A DNA stretch of 62,578 nucleotides, taken from contig MWDQ01000026.1 of the NCBI GenBank assembly GCA_002070645.1, positions 1 to 62,578 on the forward strand. The letters are read 5' to 3'. Of this stretch, positions 58,494-62,578 are shown one piece after another; position 1 is the first letter of the stretch, and each line of letters starts with the position of its first letter. The DNA comes from a candidate division TA06 bacterium ADurb.Bin131 (lineage in GTDB: Bacteria > Ratteibacteria > UBA8468 > B48-G9 > DTJG01). The notes beneath the pieces were generated by a model that was not told the DNA's origin, did no database searches, and saw only the letters and a program-made list of their open reading frames with translations. The position numbers and the translations under genes were made by a program.

Positions 58494-59470
58494 AAAAAAC
58501 AGGCATAAAAATTGGCGTTATTGGTGGAGGATATTGGGGAAAAAATTTAATCAGAGTTTTCAACGAAATTGGTACTCTGAGTGCAATATGCGATATAAAC
58601 AATAACCTTGTGGAAGCATATAAAAATGATTATTCTGGCGTGGACATAGTTTCAAGTTATGAAACACTGATTAAGAACCCGGAAATAGATGCTCTTGTTA
58701 TTGCCACACCTGCTTCAACGCATTATAAGATCGCAAAATTTGCTATGGAAAATGGCAAGGATGTTTTCTGCGAGAAGCCCCTCGCATTGACAACCAGGCA
58801 TGGTGAAGAACTTGTAAAAATTGCTTCTGATAATAAACTAATTTTAATGGTAGGCCACATCCTGCATTATCATCCTGCAGTAGAAAAACTTAAACAAGCA
58901 GTAAACCAGGGTGAACTTGGGAACATTGAATACATCTATTCAAATCGTCTTAATATTGGTAGGATACGACATGAAGAAAATATACTTTGGAGTTTTGCTC
59001 CCCACGATATCTCCTTAATGCTTTCTATTGCTAAATCTTTACCTTCTGAAGTATACTCATATGGAGGTATATTCCTCCCGCATAAAGTAGAAGATGTAAC
59101 ATTAACCTTTTTTTCTTTCCCAGAGAATATCAAGGGACATATCTTTGTATCCTGGCTGAATCCATTTAAGGAACAAAAATTTGTTGTAATAGGAAATAAA
59201 AAAATGGCTGTTTTTGATGATATGGAAAAAGAAAAGAAACTTGTTTTCTACCAGCACAAAATTAAATGGAACAATAATGAAATACCCACAATTGAAAAAG
59301 CAGAAGCAGAAGTTGTCGATGTTGAAAAGGAGGAGCCACTAAAAAGAGAGGCAAATCATTTTATTGAATGTGTAAGTAAAAGAAAAAAACCATATACAGA
59401 TGGGGAAGAGGCGCTAAATGTATTAAAGGTTCTACAACAGACAGAAAAATGTCTAAGGAGAAAAAGATGA
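58490..59470 (+). CDS. Gfo/Idh/MocA oxidoreductase, WbpB/WlbA-like UDP-sugar 3-dehydrogenase
   Basis: IGVIGGGYWGKN and FCEKPLA are present. Position and order within a wlbA-B-C-D-like block support the call. The ATG overlaps the previous stop (ATGA). Confidence 0.75.
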   Translation: MKKTGIKIGVIGGGYWGKNLIRVFNEIGTLSAICDINNNLVEAYKNDYSGVDIVSSYETLIKNPEIDALVIATPASTHYKIAKFAMENGKDVFCEKPLALTTRHGEELVKIASDNKLILMVGHILHYHPAVEKLKQAVNQGELGNIEYIYSNRLNIGRIRHEENILWSFAPHDISLMLSIAKSLPSEVYSYGGIFLPHKVEDVTLTFFSFPENIKGHIFVSWLNPFKEQKFVVIGNKKMAVFDDMEKEKKLVFYQHKIKWNNNEIPTIEKAEAEVVDVEKEEPLKREANHFIECVSKRKKPYTDGEEALNVLKVLQQTEKCLRRKR

Positions 59471-60045
59471 ACAAGTATTTTGTACATCAATCATCATATA
59501 TTGATGATAATACCTCAATTGGAGAAGGAACAAAAATATGGCATTTTTGTCATATACTTTCAGGAACAAAAATTGGTAATAACTGTGTGATTGGACAAAA
59601 TGTAATGATTGGTCCTGATGTTGTCATTGGAAATAATTGTAAGATACAGAATAATGTTTCTATTTATAAGGGAGTAATTCTTGAAGACGATGTTTTCTGT
59701 GGTCCATCATGCGTTTTTACCAATGTTATAAATCCGAGAGCATTCATAGAAAGAAAAAATGAATTTAAGACTACAATTCTAAGGAAGGGCTCTACCATAG
59801 GTGCCAATGCCACAATTGTATGCGGAAATACAATTGGTAGATATGCGCTTATAGGCGCTGGAGCGGTTGTAACTCATGATGTGATCGATTACGCGCTTAT
59901 GTTGGGTATACCTGCAAGAAGAACTGGCTGGGTTTGTAAATGTGGGGTTACTCTTCAGGAGAAAGATTCTGTCTTAATCTGTAAAAGTTGTGGGAATCAA
60001 TATAGTTTAATAAAAAACAATCTTGAAGTTATTATTGAAAAATAG
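59467..60045 (+). CDS. Hexapeptide-repeat N-acetyltransferase, WbpD/WlbB-like
   Basis: IGEGTKIWHFCHI..., QNNVSIYKGVILEDDVFCGPSCVFTNVINPRAFIERK, GANATIVCGNTIGRYALIGAGAVV. By recall this matches Bordetella WlbB closely. Confidence 0.85.
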   Translation: MNKYFVHQSSYIDDNTSIGEGTKIWHFCHILSGTKIGNNCVIGQNVMIGPDVVIGNNCKIQNNVSIYKGVILEDDVFCGPSCVFTNVINPRAFIERKNEFKTTILRKGSTIGANATIVCGNTIGRYALIGAGAVVTHDVIDYALMLGIPARRTGWVCKCGVTLQEKDSVLICKSCGNQYSLIKNNLEVIIEK

Positions 60046-60053
60046 GAGATGCA

Positions 60054-61196
60054 ATGAATATTCCAATGCTTGATTTGAGAAGTGAGTATCTTTACATGAA
60101 AAATGATATAGATACAGCCATTGCAAAATGTCTTGAACATCAGTCATGGATACTTGGACCAGAGGTAAAGGAATTTGAAAAAAAATGCGCTGAATTTTTT
60201 GGTGTTAAACATTGCATTGGTTGTTCCTCAGGAACAGATGCCCTTGTAATTGCCCTTCGCGCAATTGCTATAAGCAGCGGAAAAGAATTTTTTTCCAGAG
60301 ATGAAGAAATATTGACAACCCCATTTACTTTTACAGCCACAGGAGATGCTATATTGCGAAGCGGTGCAACCCCTGTATTTATAGATATAAATCCAGTGGA
60401 TTTTAATATCAGTATCGATGGCATAGATAAATATCTTAAAGCAGATGGAAAAAAAGTAAAAGGAATACTACCCGTACATTTATATGGAACTCCATGCAAT
60501 ATGGATGATATTTATGAAATAGCATCAAAATATAATATCTTTATTGTCGAGGATGTTGCACAGGCATTTGGTGCCTGCTGGAAAAATAAAAAACTTGGGG
60601 CAATTGGACACGCCGGAGCATTCAGTTTTTTCCCGAGTAAAAACCTTGGTGGTTTTGGAGATGGAGGAATGATTTCAACAAATAATGATACATTTGCTGA
60701 AATAGCAACAATACTTACAAAACATGGTGGTAAGGATAAATATAATGTTGATTACATTGGATACAACAGTCGTCTTGATACCCTGCAGGCAGCAATTTTG
60801 CTTGCAAAAATCAAATATATCGATCAGTTTAATAATAAAAGAATAGGAATTGCGAAAAAATATAACAGTGAACTACAGGGAATAGAAGAAATTGAGTTAC
60901 CTGAAATCATTGATGGAAGTGTTTTTCATCAATACACAATAAGAGCCAAAAATAATAAAAGAACCGCGCTTCAGGGATTTCTAAAAGAGAAAGGAATCGC
61001 AAGCATGGTTTATTATCCATTATGTCTGCATCAGATGAAACTTTTCCAGGAAAGGGCAAAAATCCACAGCCCCCTTACTGAAGCAGAAAAAGCATCAAAA
61101 GAAGTATTAAGCATTCCGGTTGAACCGCTTATGACAGAACAACAACAAAACTATGTAATATCAGAAATAAAGGAATTTTTCCGTCTAAATGGATAA
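60054..61196 (+). CDS. DegT/DnrJ/EryC1-family PLP aminotransferase, WbpE/WlbC-like
   Basis: SGTDAL, DVAQAFG and the FSFFPSKNLGGFGDGG PLP-lysine region are present. RBS AGGAGATG. Confidence 0.85.
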   Translation: MNIPMLDLRSEYLYMKNDIDTAIAKCLEHQSWILGPEVKEFEKKCAEFFGVKHCIGCSSGTDALVIALRAIAISSGKEFFSRDEEILTTPFTFTATGDAILRSGATPVFIDINPVDFNISIDGIDKYLKADGKKVKGILPVHLYGTPCNMDDIYEIASKYNIFIVEDVAQAFGACWKNKKLGAIGHAGAFSFFPSKNLGGFGDGGMISTNNDTFAEIATILTKHGGKDKYNVDYIGYNSRLDTLQAAILLAKIKYIDQFNNKRIGIAKKYNSELQGIEEIELPEIIDGSVFHQYTIRAKNNKRTALQGFLKEKGIASMVYYPLCLHQMKLFQERAKIHSPLTEAEKASKEVLSIPVEPLMTEQQQNYVISEIKEFFRLNG

Positions 61197-62286
61197 AATC
61201 AGAATATTTTCCATTGTAGGCGCAAGACCTCAATTTATTAAACTCGCTGCACTCACAGAAAAACTGCATAGATTAAAATTTGATAAAAAGGTCGAACATA
61301 AAATACTTCATACTGGACAACATTATAACTATGAAATGTCTAAAATATTTTTTCAGCAGATGCATATACCAGAACCAGATTATAATCTTGAGGTAGGATC
61401 CCATAGTCCGTCAAAACAAATAGGGCTGATGATGAAAGGCATTGAAAATGTTTTCATCAAAGAAAAACCAGACATTGCTGTTATATATGGAGATACCAAC
61501 TCCACACTTGCAGGTGCTTTAACCTCTGTATATATTGGTATTCCTGTTGCCCATATTGAAGCAGGTTTAAGAAGTTTTAGAATGGATATGCCTGAGGAAA
61601 TAAATAGAACATTAAGCGATAGAATTTCCACACTCTTATTCTGTCCAACAAAAGCAGCGGCAAAAAACCTGAAAAATGAGGGTATTACAAAAAACGTCTG
61701 GGTAGTTGGGGATGTTATGTATGATATGTTTTTATATGCTCAAAAATATCTTAATAATAAAAAAATATTAGATGCTTACAATATCCACCCAAAGGATTAC
61801 CTACTTTTAACAATACATAGAAAAGAAAACACAGACAATCCTGATAGATTGGTCCAAATAATTGATACAATCTGTCAATCAGGAGAAAACATCCTCTTTT
61901 TAATTCATCCGAGAACAGAAAAAATATTGAAAGAAGAAAAACAGTTTAGTTTTAATAGATACAATAATCTTTTGGTAATAAAACCAGTTGGATATATTGA
62001 TATGCTTATTCTCGAAAAAAATGCGAAGAAAATTATTACAGATAGTGGAGGAGTCCAGAAGGAAGCATACTGGTTTAATATCCCCTGTATTGTATTGAGA
62101 GAAGAAACAGAATGGAAGGAACTTTTATCCTGGAAATATTTTTATATTGTTGGTAGCGATGCTCTTAAGATACAGGATTCCATAAAATCCACTTACAGAA
62201 CCTGCAAACAGAAATCAAAAATCTTTGGCAATGGTGATGCATCTTCATTAATCCTGAAAAAAATCATAGAATACCTGGATAAATAA
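61189..62286 (+). CDS. UDP-N-acetylglucosamine-type 2-epimerase (WecB family; WbpI/WlbD-like)
   Basis: VGARPQFIKL, YGDTNSTLAGAL, HIEAGLRS, and DSGGVQKEA are present. Confidence 0.85.
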   Translation: MDKIRIFSIVGARPQFIKLAALTEKLHRLKFDKKVEHKILHTGQHYNYEMSKIFFQQMHIPEPDYNLEVGSHSPSKQIGLMMKGIENVFIKEKPDIAVIYGDTNSTLAGALTSVYIGIPVAHIEAGLRSFRMDMPEEINRTLSDRISTLLFCPTKAAAKNLKNEGITKNVWVVGDVMYDMFLYAQKYLNNKKILDAYNIHPKDYLLLTIHRKENTDNPDRLVQIIDTICQSGENILFLIHPRTEKILKEEKQFSFNRYNNLLVIKPVGYIDMLILEKNAKKIITDSGGVQKEAYWFNIPCIVLREETEWKELLSWKYFYIVGSDALKIQDSIKSTYRTCKQKSKIFGNGDASSLILKKIIEYLDK

Positions 62287-62311
62287 ATCATAAAATATAA
62301 AGGTTTATTAA

Positions 62312-62578
62312 ATGAATATTGGAATGATACTCAACGGCGAATATCCTCCGGATATAAGAGTTGAAAAGGAATGTGACGCCCTGATACAAAACAAACAGAA
62401 TAATATCTTTATTCTTTCTGGCACCAAGGAATTAAGACCAGATATAAAAAAACAGGGTATATATAAAAACGTGGTTGTTTGTTATACTGCATTTGACTAT
62501 CCGGATAAAACACGAAAAAACTTAAATAGAATAAAAAAAGAGATTGGAATTCAAACACTTGTCCAGAAGAAAATCTTA
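62312..62578 (+). CDS. Partial CDS running off the window end; likely another glycosyltransferase (N-terminal fragment)
   Basis: The frame is open from ATG 62312 to the window end (MNIGMILNGEYPPDIRVEKE...). The call rests on context in the glycan cluster and is not in the ORF track because it has no stop. Confidence 0.5.
   Translation, partial: MNIGMILNGEYPPDIRVEKECDALIQNKQNNIFILSGTKELRPDIKKQGIYKNVVVCYTAFDYPDKTRKNLNRIKKEIGIQTLVQKKIL

Noticed and set aside
1-62578. Defence island, prophage or plasmid-type accessory system
   Set aside because: No integrase, transposase, restriction-modification, toxin-antitoxin, Cas, reverse transcriptase, or phage structural genes could be recognised in any frame. 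Apart from the non-coding oddities listed, the gene content is core metabolism and envelope biogenesis.

Overview
This is an AT-rich, densely packed bacterial chromosomal segment. I call about 64 CDS and 2 tRNA genes, and I see no rRNA, CRISPR array, integrase, transposase or prophage genes. Almost all coding content is housekeeping. In window order it comprises: a lexA-orf-dinB SOS cassette, a PiT/PhoU-like phosphate module, and an O-antigen-ligase-like protein plus rpmB. Next comes a recJ/glyA/glyS block, lptFG, two branched-chain amino-acid clusters (ilvBNC and leuABCD), and recA...recX-alaS. It ends with a folate C1 cluster (FTCD-like, folD, fhs), cca/HIT/EndoQ-like, lpxK, guaA-like/carB-half/hisHF, and an LPS-core plus wlbABCD-like diacetamido-sugar cluster. 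The LPS genes imply a diderm organism, and several archaeal-type split enzymes suggest a deep-branching or uncultivated lineage that I cannot name. I did not recognise a defence or other multi-gene novel system. The least explained signals are non-coding. (1) A roughly 700-nt ORF-free, GC-rich, hairpin-dense region at the window start appears to be interrupted by a 317-bp MITE-like insertion with terminal inverted repeats and an 8-bp target duplication. (2) Two tandem 121-nt structured units trail tRNA-Arg, each carrying a copy of the tRNA 3' end. (3) A perfect E. coli-type SOS box sits inside a consensus promoter driving lexA, an unknown 82-aa ORF and dinB. All protein calls rest on my recall of family motifs in the supplied translations, because no database search was possible. 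Start codons are often ambiguous and are flagged where so. My base-level reading of long homopolymer runs may be off by 1 nt.
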